From positions 16,373-80,372 of the forward strand of contig CACYJV010000002.1 of assembly GCA_902774815.1 (NCBI GenBank): a stretch of DNA of 64,000 bases, read 5' to 3'. This DNA is from an uncultured Prevotellaceae bacterium (GTDB taxonomy: Bacteria > Bacteroidota > Bacteroidia > Bacteroidales > Bacteroidaceae). Below the pieces are notes generated by a model. That model was given only the letters and a program-made list of their open reading frames with translations, was not told where the DNA came from and did not search any database. The position numbers and the translations under genes were made by a program. This document shows, in pieces, positions 36,093 through 45,158 of the stretch. The number at the start of each line of letters is the position of its first letter. Position 1 is the first letter of the stretch.

Positions 36093-36119
36093 ACCATTAA
36101 CAAGGTAACAATAAGAATT

Positions 36120-36686
36120 ATGAAAAAACTGACAGTAAAACCTCAACTGGCATTTGGCGAGGCCGTAAAGCTCGCTTTTAGCAGAATCATGCAGACCAGT
36201 GGCCGCTCGCGTCGCTCGGAATTCTGGTGGTTCATGTTGGTCTACATCATCGTTTACTGGATATTGAGCACCATTGCCACCCTGCTATTTCCGCCCTTGG
36301 GAGCACAGATTGCCGTAGGAATCATCATGCTCATAGCACTCCCCATTACCGTACGCCGGCTTCACGACACAGGTCATGGTGCTTGGTGGGTCGTCGTCAG
36401 CTGGTTGTTCAATGTGGCTTTGAGCATCTATATGGTCACAAGTGGCTACATCGAGGAGATAACAAGCGTCAATGCCGACCCGATTCGGGCTTTTGAAAAC
36501 CTGAACATTCCTCTGTTTGGAACAGCCTCGCTGGTGGTAGTCTTCACTTCGCTTGCCACGTTTATATTCTGTCTGCTCGACAGCAAGCCCCAAGCGAACA
36601 AATATGGCGAATCTCCGAAATATGTAGTGGTGAGCGACGAAGAGGAAACACGCCCCGAAGAAGCTGTCAATACTTTCAATTCGTAA
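36120..36686 (+). CDS. DUF805-family membrane protein
   Basis: GRSRRSEFWWF...RRLHDTGHGAWW motif pattern of the YhaH/YhaI family. Confidence 0.75.
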   Translation: MKKLTVKPQLAFGEAVKLAFSRIMQTSGRSRRSEFWWFMLVYIIVYWILSTIATLLFPPLGAQIAVGIIMLIALPITVRRLHDTGHGAWWVVVSWLFNVALSIYMVTSGYIEEITSVNADPIRAFENLNIPLFGTASLVVVFTSLATFIFCLLDSKPQANKYGESPKYVVVSDEEETRPEEAVNTFNS

Positions 36687-36775
36687 GCCTTCGTAGAGGC
36701 CAAAAGCCTGAGAATATCCTACGAATTCATCAACCAAGATTTCACTTCGACGCGAAAACGCAATCATCGAACAAT

Positions 36776-36815
36776 AGTGCTATGCGTAGATAACCAACGC
36801 ATAGCACTTTTCTTA
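36776..36815 (+). terminator. Terminator after the DUF805 gene
   Basis: Perfect 11-bp stem agtgctatgcg / cgcatagcact followed by ttttcttatt. The right arm doubles as the first unit of 22-bp array B. Confidence 0.65.
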
Positions 36816-37044
36816 TTCAAACAAAGCATTGCTATTGTTCTTACAGAGCATAGCTTTTGTACCCTGTAAAGCATAGCTCTACAGGCTCTAAAGCATTGAG
36901 TTAGAGGGAACAAAGCATTGAGTTGTAGTGCATAAAGCATAGGTTTGTAAGGAACAAAGCACTGAGTTTTTGGGTGTAAAGCATAAGTTTTTAAGTTACA
37001 AAGCTTTACGAAGGAACATATAAAGCATTACTTTGCAAATGAAA
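36801..37044. repeat. 22-bp-phased degenerate tandem array, copy B, about 11 units
   Basis: Core (a/g)a(a/g)gca(t/c) starts at 36801, 36823, 36845, 36868, 36890, 36912, 36934, 36956, 36978, 37000 and 37022. Confidence 0.85.
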
Positions 37045-37182
37045 AGTAAAATATTTCAACAATTCAAGTCAATACCTCATCGATTAAAAACGACTTCCGG
37101 AAGCCTTCATTTGTCATAAAAAATTCATGAAAAGACGTCCTTTCTTACCCGTTTTACGTTTGAAACATCAAATCGAATGCCG

Positions 37183-38043
37183 CTATTGCTTGCCCTTTTT
37201 CAGATGTTTACGGCAAAAATCGTGGCCAAGTTGGAGCCCTTCATCATAGAGTCGCTCCAGCTTATGCACGTCTTTTTCTATGCGATCCACCTCCAATGGC
37301 TTCTCTGGCCGGATGCAAAGCACGCTCCCTTCAGCCTCAAGCCGCTCGACAAACTCCAACTGTCGGTTGTATGCCTCTAACCGTCGGCTCAGCGCTACAC
37401 GCAGACGAGGATAGCTATGGTAGATGAAGTGTGGCACTTTGTGGTCGCGTCCCGTCTTCCGATAGCCTCGGTTGCGCGTAAGAATGACGACATTCTTGCT
37501 GAAGCCCTGACTGATGGCACGTTCCAGAGGAATGGAATCGACAATACCTCCGTCGAGCATAGGCTTGCCATCGACCATCACTATCTTGCTCACATAAGGC
37601 AGAGAGCTGCTCGCCTGCACAATGTCAAGCAATCGCTGGCGGTCGTTCCGGTCCGACAAATACTCCGCCAAGCCCGTCTGACAGTTAGTAACCACCATCT
37701 CGAAGGTGGTCGGGCTATGGAAGAACGTGTCGAAATCGAATGGAAAAATCTTATAGGGCAACTCGTCGTAGAGCAGGTCGGGATCGAAGATGCAACCTTT
37801 CTTCAGCAGATGTCGCAGGCCTATGTAGTCGTATTTCTCCAGCATGTCGATGTTCGAAAACTTGGCTCGCTTAGGCTGATGGCTCACGTAGCTCAGGCCA
37901 TTGCAGGCCCCTGCCGACACCGCCACTATGTAGGGGAATGTCAAACCATGCTCCATGAAAGCATCGAGCACGCCACTCGTGAAGACGCCTCGCATGCCAC
38001 CGCCTTCAAGCACAAGTCCTGTCCTGTCGTCAATCTTCATCAT
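37183..38043 (-). CDS. Patatin-like phospholipase
   Basis: GLVLEGGGMRGVFTSGVLD oxyanion motif and AVSAGA (GxSxG-type). Start at MMKIDD (38043) is preferred over ORF start 38166. Confidence 0.8.
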   Translation of the reverse strand: MMKIDDRTGLVLEGGGMRGVFTSGVLDAFMEHGLTFPYIVAVSAGACNGLSYVSHQPKRAKFSNIDMLEKYDYIGLRHLLKKGCIFDPDLLYDELPYKIFPFDFDTFFHSPTTFEMVVTNCQTGLAEYLSDRNDRQRLLDIVQASSSLPYVSKIVMVDGKPMLDGGIVDSIPLERAISQGFSKNVVILTRNRGYRKTGRDHKVPHFIYHSYPRLRVALSRRLEAYNRQLEFVERLEAEGSVLCIRPEKPLEVDRIEKDVHKLERLYDEGLQLGHDFCRKHLKKGKQ

Positions 38044-38051
38044 TCGAGCCG

Positions 38052-38059
38052 CAAAATTA
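38052..38059 (-). promoter_or_regulatory. Candidate -7 box TAATTTTG for the patatin-like gene
   Basis: Plus-strand caaaatta, 9 nt upstream of ATG 38043 (near-leaderless). Confidence 0.3.
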
Positions 38060-38166
38060 CAAAGAAAAACGGATATCTTCATCTTCTTTCGCCCGACTTT
38101 TTCGCTTTTTGTAGTTTTTAACGAAAAAAAGAACTTCTTTGTCGACCATTTGTACCGAAAAAACAC

Positions 38167-38174
38167 TACCTTTG
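38167..38174 (+). promoter_or_regulatory. Candidate -7 box TACCTTTG for the Xaa-Pro aminopeptidase gene
   Basis: 31 nt upstream of ATG 38205. Confidence 0.4.
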
Positions 38175-38204
38175 TAGCCAGATAGACAAAAACACATCAC
38201 AATT

Positions 38205-39608
38205 ATGTTTGGCAAAGAAACTTACATTCAGCGTCGCAACGAGCTCAAAAAGCTAGTCGGCGAAGGCATCATCGTACTGTTCGGCAACAACGAGTCGCCA
38301 AACAACTACCCCAACAATGCCTACTATCCATTCCGTCAGGACTCATCATTCCTCTATTATTTCGGTCAGCAGCGCGACGGTCTTGTCGGTATCATCGACG
38401 TAGACAACGACAGTGAAATGCTCATCGGCGACGATATCGACATCGAGGACATCGTCTGGTATGGCTCCGTCGACAGCGTCAGCGACCTGGCAGCACAGGT
38501 GGGAGTAGCCCATTCGGCACCGATGGCCCAGCTAAAGACACTCTGCGACGAGGCCCGACAGAAGGGACGCACCATCCATTTCCTGCCCCCTTATCGCCAT
38601 GACATCAAGATTCAGATCATGGACCTGCTGGGATTGCACCCGTCGGAGCAAAAGAAAGCAGCCTCAATGAAGCTCATCATGGCTGTCGTCAAGATGCGTT
38701 CGGCCAAGACAGAGGAGGAGATTGAGGAACTGGAGCGTGCCGCCGAGATCGGCTTCATGATGCACACGACGGCCATGCGCCTGATCAAGCCGGGCGTAAC
38801 TGAGAAATACATCGCCGGACAGGTGGATGGCATCGCCCATTCGTTTGGTGCACAGGTCAGTTTCGCTACCATCTTCTCCCAGCATGGCGAGATTATGCAC
38901 GGCAACCCATCGCCACGTCCTTTGGAAGACGGACGTCTGGTTTTGTGCGACTGCGGTGCTGAGACCATCAACAACTACTGTTCCGACAACACACGCACCA
39001 TGCCGGTCAGCGGTCGCTATACCCAACGCCAGCTCGACATCTACTCTATCGTCGAGGACTGCCACGATTTGGTGCTCAATGTGGCTAAGCCAGGGGTGAA
39101 ATACATGGACTGTCACTTTGCCGTTTGCCGCCTGATGACCGACCGATTGAAGGAACTTGGCCTGATGAAAGGCGACACTGAGGAGGCCGTTCGTGCCGGT
39201 GCCCATGCCATGTTCCTGCCTCATGGACTTGGACACATGATGGGTATGGACGTTCACGACATGGAAAACCTCGACCAAATCAACGTGGGCTTCGATGAAG
39301 AGACACGCCCCATCCTCGACCAGTTTGGCACTAATGCCCTGCGCATGGGCCGTCGGCTGGAAGAAGGCTTCGTCGTCACCGACGAACCGGGCATCTATTT
39401 CATTCCCGCCCTCATCGATGATTGGCGTAAGAGCGGCCATTGCGCTGAGTTCCTCTGTTTCGACGAGATTGAAAAGTACAAAGACTTCGGCGGCATCCGC
39501 ATCGAGGACGACATTCTGATCACAAAGGACGGCTGCCGCTTCCTCGGTAAGAAGCGCATACCTTACCATCCTGGGTATGTAGAGGCCTTCATGGCTACTG
39601 CCAGATGA
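38205..39608 (+). CDS. Xaa-Pro aminopeptidase (M24B family)
   Basis: M24 metal-ligand pattern: DCGAE...DNTRT...HGLGHMMGMDVHD...EPGIYF...IRIEDD. Confidence 0.85.
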   Translation: MFGKETYIQRRNELKKLVGEGIIVLFGNNESPNNYPNNAYYPFRQDSSFLYYFGQQRDGLVGIIDVDNDSEMLIGDDIDIEDIVWYGSVDSVSDLAAQVGVAHSAPMAQLKTLCDEARQKGRTIHFLPPYRHDIKIQIMDLLGLHPSEQKKAASMKLIMAVVKMRSAKTEEEIEELERAAEIGFMMHTTAMRLIKPGVTEKYIAGQVDGIAHSFGAQVSFATIFSQHGEIMHGNPSPRPLEDGRLVLCDCGAETINNYCSDNTRTMPVSGRYTQRQLDIYSIVEDCHDLVLNVAKPGVKYMDCHFAVCRLMTDRLKELGLMKGDTEEAVRAGAHAMFLPHGLGHMMGMDVHDMENLDQINVGFDEETRPILDQFGTNALRMGRRLEEGFVVTDEPGIYFIPALIDDWRKSGHCAEFLCFDEIEKYKDFGGIRIEDDILITKDGCRFLGKKRIPYHPGYVEAFMATAR

Positions 39609-39694
39609 ACATTTGCACTCCGCAAAAAGTGTTAAAATGAAATGCAAAACGTCATAATCTTAGCAAAACTGTCGTTAAATAGATAAAAAAACAG

Positions 39695-39702
39695 TAATTT
39701 TG
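39695..39702 (+). promoter_or_regulatory. Candidate -7 box TAATTTTG for the C1 peptidase gene
   Basis: 72 nt upstream of ATG 39774. Confidence 0.4.
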
Positions 39703-39773
39703 CAGCGATTTATCGGAAAAGCATTCCCACAAAAACGCGACAACAAAACTTGTTATTAGAAACCCAATAAGAA

Positions 39774-40982
39774 ATGAAGAAGATTCTTACCATTGCGATC
39801 GCCCTGTTCGTAGCAGTAGGCGGCGCGTCGGCAGCCAAGAAAAAGGCTCCCGCTAAACAGAGTAACAAACCCGTCTTCACCATTGTGAAGGAGATTCCCG
39901 TCACCTCGATGAAAGACCAGAACCGTTCGGGCACGTGCTGGGACTACTCAACCCTGTCGTTCTTCGAGGCTGAAATCCTGAAAGCCACAGGCAAGAAGTA
40001 CGACCTCTGCGAGTCGTTCATTGCCAACAAGACCTATATGGACCGTGCCATTCAGGTGGTGCGCTATCATGGCGACTGCCAGTTTGCACAAGGCGGTTCG
40101 GCTGAGGACGTGCTGGCCACGCTGAAGGCCCATGGCATCTGCCCTGAGGACGCAATGCCCTTCCCAGGCTCGCTCTATGGCGACTCACTGAACAACTTCA
40201 ACGAGTTCTTCTCAGTTCTGGAGCCCTACGTGGCAGCTGTTGCCAAGAGCTCGGCCAAGAAGATCAGCAACGCATGGAAGAACGGTTTCCAGGGCATCCT
40301 TGACTCTTACCTCGGCAAATGCCCCGAGAAGTTCACCTTCGAAGGCCGTGAGTACACTCCGAAGTCGTTCATGCAGACTCTTGGTCTGAACCTCGACGAC
40401 TATGTGTCCATCACCAGCTACACTCACCATCCCTTCTACACAGCTTTCGCCGTGGAAGTTCAGGACAACTGGCGCTTCCCCCTCAGCTATAACCTGCCTA
40501 TGGAAGAGATGATGGAGGTCATTGACAACGCCATCGAACAGGGTTACACCGTTGCTTGGGGCGGTGACGTCTCCGAGGAAGGCTTCACCCGCAAGGGACT
40601 TGCCTATGCCGTCGACACAAAGGCCACCGAGAGCCTCGCAGGCAGCGACATGGCTCGTTGGCTGAAGCTCGCTCCCACCAAGCGCACCAGCATTCTCGAC
40701 TCGCTGGGCTGCAAAGTGCCTGAGGTTGTGCCCACACAGGAGATGCGCCAGGAGCGTTTCGACAACTGGGAACTCACCGACGACCATGGCATGCACATCT
40801 TCGGTCTGGCTAAGGACCAGAACGGCAAGGAGTACTACATGGTGAAGAACTCTTGGGGTGAGAGTGGCGACTACAAAGGCGTATGGTACATGACCAAGGC
40901 TTTCATCGCCGCCAACACAATGGACTTCCTTATCAACAAGAAAGCTATTCCTGCTGACATCCGCAAGAAGCTCGGCATCTAA
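39774..40982 (+). CDS. C1-family cysteine peptidase (aminopeptidase C / bleomycin-hydrolase-like)
   Basis: Signal peptide. QNRSGTCWDYS catalytic Cys motif, DHGMHIFG (His), KNSWG (Asn). Confidence 0.8.
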   Translation: MKKILTIAIALFVAVGGASAAKKKAPAKQSNKPVFTIVKEIPVTSMKDQNRSGTCWDYSTLSFFEAEILKATGKKYDLCESFIANKTYMDRAIQVVRYHGDCQFAQGGSAEDVLATLKAHGICPEDAMPFPGSLYGDSLNNFNEFFSVLEPYVAAVAKSSAKKISNAWKNGFQGILDSYLGKCPEKFTFEGREYTPKSFMQTLGLNLDDYVSITSYTHHPFYTAFAVEVQDNWRFPLSYNLPMEEMMEVIDNAIEQGYTVAWGGDVSEEGFTRKGLAYAVDTKATESLAGSDMARWLKLAPTKRTSILDSLGCKVPEVVPTQEMRQERFDNWELTDDHGMHIFGLAKDQNGKEYYMVKNSWGESGDYKGVWYMTKAFIAANTMDFLINKKAIPADIRKKLGI

Positions 40983-41012
40983 GAAAAGCCATCTTTCAAG
41001 GTCATAACCCAT

Positions 41013-41057
41013 AACGGGAAGATGCTGTCGACAGCGACAGACATCTTCCCGTTTTAC
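41013..41057 (+). terminator. Terminator after the C1 peptidase gene
   Basis: 12-bp stem aacgggaagatg / catcttcccgtt followed by tttacg. The T-tract is weak. Confidence 0.55.
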
Positions 41058-41143
41058 GTATCTCTTCTGTGAAAAATCACTAAAAAAGCTCTAACGCCCT
41101 CACATTTCAAGACAGAAATCGCGCGCCTTTCAACTTTTCTTTG

Positions 41144-41151
41144 TAACTTTG
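41144..41151 (+). promoter_or_regulatory. Candidate -7 box TAACTTTG for recJ-recQ
   Basis: 96 nt upstream of ATG 41247. Confidence 0.35.
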
Positions 41152-41246
41152 AAGGCTGATTTTAATAAATTGCCTTAATAGGCTCATTCTCAGCCACCGC
41201 ACATACGTGCCACCGACGACAGAAAAGAAACAAAAACAATAAATAA

Positions 41247-42971
41247 ATGCACTTCAAATGGAATTACGAACCGCCTACACCACAGGAACAACAGACAGCT
41301 AACGAGCTGGGCGAGAAGCTGGGTATGAGCCCGGTACTCGCACTGCTGCTGCTGCGACGTGGCATTACCACCGAGAGTGCCGCCAAACGATTCTTCCGCC
41401 CACAGCTGGCCGACCTCATCAACCCTTTCCTTATGAAGGACATGGATGTGGCTGTCGACAGACTGAACGATGCAATGGGACGCAAGGAACGTATTTTGGT
41501 CTATGGTGACTACGATGTCGACGGATGCACTGCGGTAGCTTTGGTCTACAAGTTCTTAAGGCAGTTCTACTCAAACATTGACTATTACATCCCCGACCGC
41601 TACGACGAAGGCTACGGCGTCAGCACAAAGGGATTGGAGTATGCTCGCGACACAGGCGTGAAGCTCATTATTATTCTCGACTGCGGCATCAAAGCCGTTA
41701 GCGAAGTGGCCTACGCCCGCGAGCTTGGCATTGACTTCATCATCTGCGATCACCACGTTCCCGACGAGGTGATGCCCGATGCTGTTGCCATCCTGAATCC
41801 CAAACGCCCCGATGACAGCTATCCCTTCAAGCATCTGTGCGGTTGCGGCGTAGGATTCAAGTTCATGCAGGCCTTTGCCAAGAACAATGGAATCCCCTTC
41901 TCACGACTTATCCCCCTACTCGACTTCTGTGCCGTCAGCATTGCTGCCGATATCGTGCCTGTGACCGACGAGAACCGCATTCTGGCCTTCCATGGCCTGA
42001 AGCAACTCAACCAGAATCCAAGCACAGGACTGAAGGCTATCATCGACATCTGTGGTCTGCAGGGCCGCGAACTCGCCATGAGCGACATCGTGTTTAAGAT
42101 AGGTCCGCGCATCAACGCATCAGGACGCATGGAGAATGGCAAAGAGTCGGTCGACTTATTGGTCGAAAAGGATTTCCCAACGGCACTTGGCATGGCCAAG
42201 CACATCAATGAGTACAACGAGCAACGCAAAGACATCGACAAGCAGATGACCGAGGAAGCCAACCAGATTGTTGCGCGTTTGGAAAGCCAGAAGCATCGTT
42301 CAAGCATCGTACTCTACGACGATGGCTGGAAGAAAGGCGTCATTGGCATCGTGGCTTCACGACTCACAGAAATCTACTTCCGCCCCACAGTCGTGCTAAC
42401 GCGCGACGGTGAGTTTGCCACGGGTTCGGCCCGTTCGGTGACGGGCTTCGACGTCTATGCTGCCATCAAGAGTTGCCGCGACCTGCTCGTCAATTTCGGT
42501 GGCCATACCTATGCTGCCGGACTGACATTGCGCTGGGATGACATTCCACAATTCCGCCAACGCTTCCAGCAATACGTTGAAGAGCACATCCAACCCGAAC
42601 AGACCGAGGCTATCCTTAATATCGATGCCATGCTCGACTTCAGCGATATCACCAAGCGACTCCACAACGACCTGAAGCGTTTCTCGCCATTCGGCCCCGA
42701 CAACCAGAAGCCTTTATTCTGCACAACGGGCGTCTACGACTATGGTACGTCAAAGGTTGTGGGACGCGAACAGGAGCATATCAAGCTCGAACTGGTCGAT
42801 TCGAAGTCGAGCTCTGTGGTCAGCGGCATCGCTTTCGGGCAGAGTGCATCGGCGCGCTACATCAAGTCGAAGCGTGCTTTCGACATTGCCTATACGCTGG
42901 AGGATAACGTTTTCAAGCGTAGCCAGGTGCAACTCCAGATTGAAGACATCAGACCTTCCGAGACCGAATAG
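41247..42971 (+). CDS. recJ: Single-stranded-DNA-specific exonuclease RecJ
   Basis: DHH-family motifs VYGDYDVDGCT, ILDCG, ICDHHVP, plus a DHHA1-like GGHTYAAG. Confidence 0.9.
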   Translation: MHFKWNYEPPTPQEQQTANELGEKLGMSPVLALLLLRRGITTESAAKRFFRPQLADLINPFLMKDMDVAVDRLNDAMGRKERILVYGDYDVDGCTAVALVYKFLRQFYSNIDYYIPDRYDEGYGVSTKGLEYARDTGVKLIIILDCGIKAVSEVAYARELGIDFIICDHHVPDEVMPDAVAILNPKRPDDSYPFKHLCGCGVGFKFMQAFAKNNGIPFSRLIPLLDFCAVSIAADIVPVTDENRILAFHGLKQLNQNPSTGLKAIIDICGLQGRELAMSDIVFKIGPRINASGRMENGKESVDLLVEKDFPTALGMAKHINEYNEQRKDIDKQMTEEANQIVARLESQKHRSSIVLYDDGWKKGVIGIVASRLTEIYFRPTVVLTRDGEFATGSARSVTGFDVYAAIKSCRDLLVNFGGHTYAAGLTLRWDDIPQFRQRFQQYVEEHIQPEQTEAILNIDAMLDFSDITKRLHNDLKRFSPFGPDNQKPLFCTTGVYDYGTSKVVGREQEHIKLELVDSKSSSVVSGIAFGQSASARYIKSKRAFDIAYTLEDNVFKRSQVQLQIEDIRPSETE

Positions 42972-43005
42972 TGGGAATTGTTGATTGTTTGATGGTTTTA
43001 CAGCT

Positions 43006-45120
43006 ATGATTGAATCCGACAACACAGATATTGCAGAAGGACAGGTTCAACAACCTGCCCCATCAAATCAGTTGTCGGCATCGGAGCCGAAGCCAACAGA
43101 AGGCGATGAACCTCAAAAGGAGCAAGCCGACATGGAACGTTATCGTGCCATCTTGAAGGAATATTGGGGCTACGACGACTTTCGAGGCATTCAGCGCGAC
43201 ATCATCGAGAGCATTTGCAACGGCCATGACACGCTGGGGCTGATGCCAACAGGCGGCGGCAAGTCCATCACCTTTCAGGTTCCGGCATTGGCAATGGATG
43301 GTGTCTGCATTGTCATCACCCCACTCATTGCGCTGATGAAGGACCAGGTGTTGCACCTCCGGCAACGCGGCATTCAGGCGGCAGCCATCTACAGCGACAT
43401 GTCACGCGACGAGATACTGAAAGCCCTTGAAAACAGTATCTTCGGAGGCATGAAATTGCTCTACGTATCGCCCGAACGCCTTTCCTCCGAACTCTTCCAG
43501 ACCAAGCTAAGGCGCATCAAAGTCAGCTTCATTGCTATCGACGAGGCTCACTGCATTTCGCAGTGGGGCTATGATTTCCGCCCTTCTTATCTCGAAATAG
43601 CCAAAATCAGGAAACTGGTCAACCACGGAAAGCCCACTCCCGTGCTGGCTCTCACCGCCACAGCTACGCCTCGCGTGGTCGATGATATACAGAATCGTCT
43701 GGAGTTTGCCCGCCCCAACGTCTTCAAGATGAGCTTTGAGCGCAAGAACCTTGCCTATGTGGTCCGGCATACCGACGACAAATTCCAACAACTCATCGAC
43801 ATCTTGGAGGCAGTGCCTGGTTCGGCCATCGTCTATACACGCAGTCGAATGCGCACCAAGGAGTTTTCCGACTACCTGAACACGCATCTCCACGTTGAAA
43901 GTGGCAAGAAGGCCGCCACCTACTTTCATGCCGGCCTTGACTTTAGTGTGCGTGACGAGCGTCAGACGGCATGGCAGAAGAACGAAATCCGCGTCATGGT
44001 GGCAACAAATGCATTCGGTATGGGCATCGACAAGCCTGACGTGCGACTTGTTATCCACATCGACTGCCCCAGTTCCATTGAAGCCTACTTTCAGGAAGCA
44101 GGACGTGCAGGGCGCGATGGCAAGAAAGCATACGCCGTATTGCTGTTCCAGAAGAACGACGAACGCCTGCTTGAAGAACGCATTAACAACACGTTCCCAC
44201 CGAAGGACTACATCCTTCAGGTCTATGAACACCTGGCCTACTACTACCAAATGGCCGTTGGCGATGGCTTTGGCGTAACGCGCGAGTTCGACATCGTGCG
44301 CTTTTGCACCACTTACCATCACTATCCCGTGAAGGCTGACGCAGCCTTGCGAATCCTATCGCGTGCCGGATGGATCCACTACGAGGAGGATCCCGATACG
44401 GCTTCGAGAATCCTATTCCTCCTGACACGCAACGAACTCTACAGGCTGAACGATGTTTCGCCCCACGAAGATGTAGTCATCACGGCATTGTTGCGCGAAT
44501 ACGGCGGGCTGTTCGTCGACTACGTGTACATCAGCATTCCTCTTCTGGCTCAGCAGACAGGGCTTACCAACGACCAGGTTTACCTCTGCCTGAAGGCACT
44601 GGACACGAGGCGCATCGTACACTTCATCCCGCAGCGCAAGATGCCCACCATTACCTGGTCGCAGCGAAGGGAAGAGACCGAGCGCGTTGTCATTCCGCCT
44701 TCCATCTATGAGGATCGACGCAAAGAATTCGCCAAGCGCATCAGGGCCATGATATTCTATGCAACCAACGACGCACAGTGTCGTTCGCGTCAGTTGCTGA
44801 ATTACTTTGGCGAAACCAATGCCGACGACTGCCATATCTGCGATGTCTGCCTCAGCCAGAGGCCCCAACCACTCCCGCGGATAGGCACTCTCCGAGTCGA
44901 AGGCGATGGTATTGTTGCCGAAGGATGGGACGATATGAGTAGCAAAGTGCTGCATTTGCTCGCCGATGGCAATGCTCACACCCTACTGGAACTGAGGGAA
45001 TTAGGAAAGAATCACCGCGAAGAGCTGAACACCTCATTGCGTCTGCTCCTCTATGAGGAGATTATCGAGGCCGATGCCCATCTCTATAGACTCAACATGC
45101 GGATTATCAAAACATCATAA
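43006..45120 (+). CDS. recQ: ATP-dependent DNA helicase, RecQ family
   Basis: YWGYDDFRGIQ, PTGGGKS, DEAHCISQWGYDFRPSY, ALTATA and FQEAGRAGRDG. ATG 43006 is preferred over the TTG at 42985. Confidence 0.9.
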   Translation: MIESDNTDIAEGQVQQPAPSNQLSASEPKPTEGDEPQKEQADMERYRAILKEYWGYDDFRGIQRDIIESICNGHDTLGLMPTGGGKSITFQVPALAMDGVCIVITPLIALMKDQVLHLRQRGIQAAAIYSDMSRDEILKALENSIFGGMKLLYVSPERLSSELFQTKLRRIKVSFIAIDEAHCISQWGYDFRPSYLEIAKIRKLVNHGKPTPVLALTATATPRVVDDIQNRLEFARPNVFKMSFERKNLAYVVRHTDDKFQQLIDILEAVPGSAIVYTRSRMRTKEFSDYLNTHLHVESGKKAATYFHAGLDFSVRDERQTAWQKNEIRVMVATNAFGMGIDKPDVRLVIHIDCPSSIEAYFQEAGRAGRDGKKAYAVLLFQKNDERLLEERINNTFPPKDYILQVYEHLAYYYQMAVGDGFGVTREFDIVRFCTTYHHYPVKADAALRILSRAGWIHYEEDPDTASRILFLLTRNELYRLNDVSPHEDVVITALLREYGGLFVDYVYISIPLLAQQTGLTNDQVYLCLKALDTRRIVHFIPQRKMPTITWSQRREETERVVIPPSIYEDRRKEFAKRIRAMIFYATNDAQCRSRQLLNYFGETNADDCHICDVCLSQRPQPLPRIGTLRVEGDGIVAEGWDDMSSKVLHLLADGNAHTLLELRELGKNHREELNTSLRLLLYEEIIEADAHLYRLNMRIIKTS

Positions 45121-45158
45121 TAACATTCAAATTTTATATCAACAAAAACAAAAGTGAC

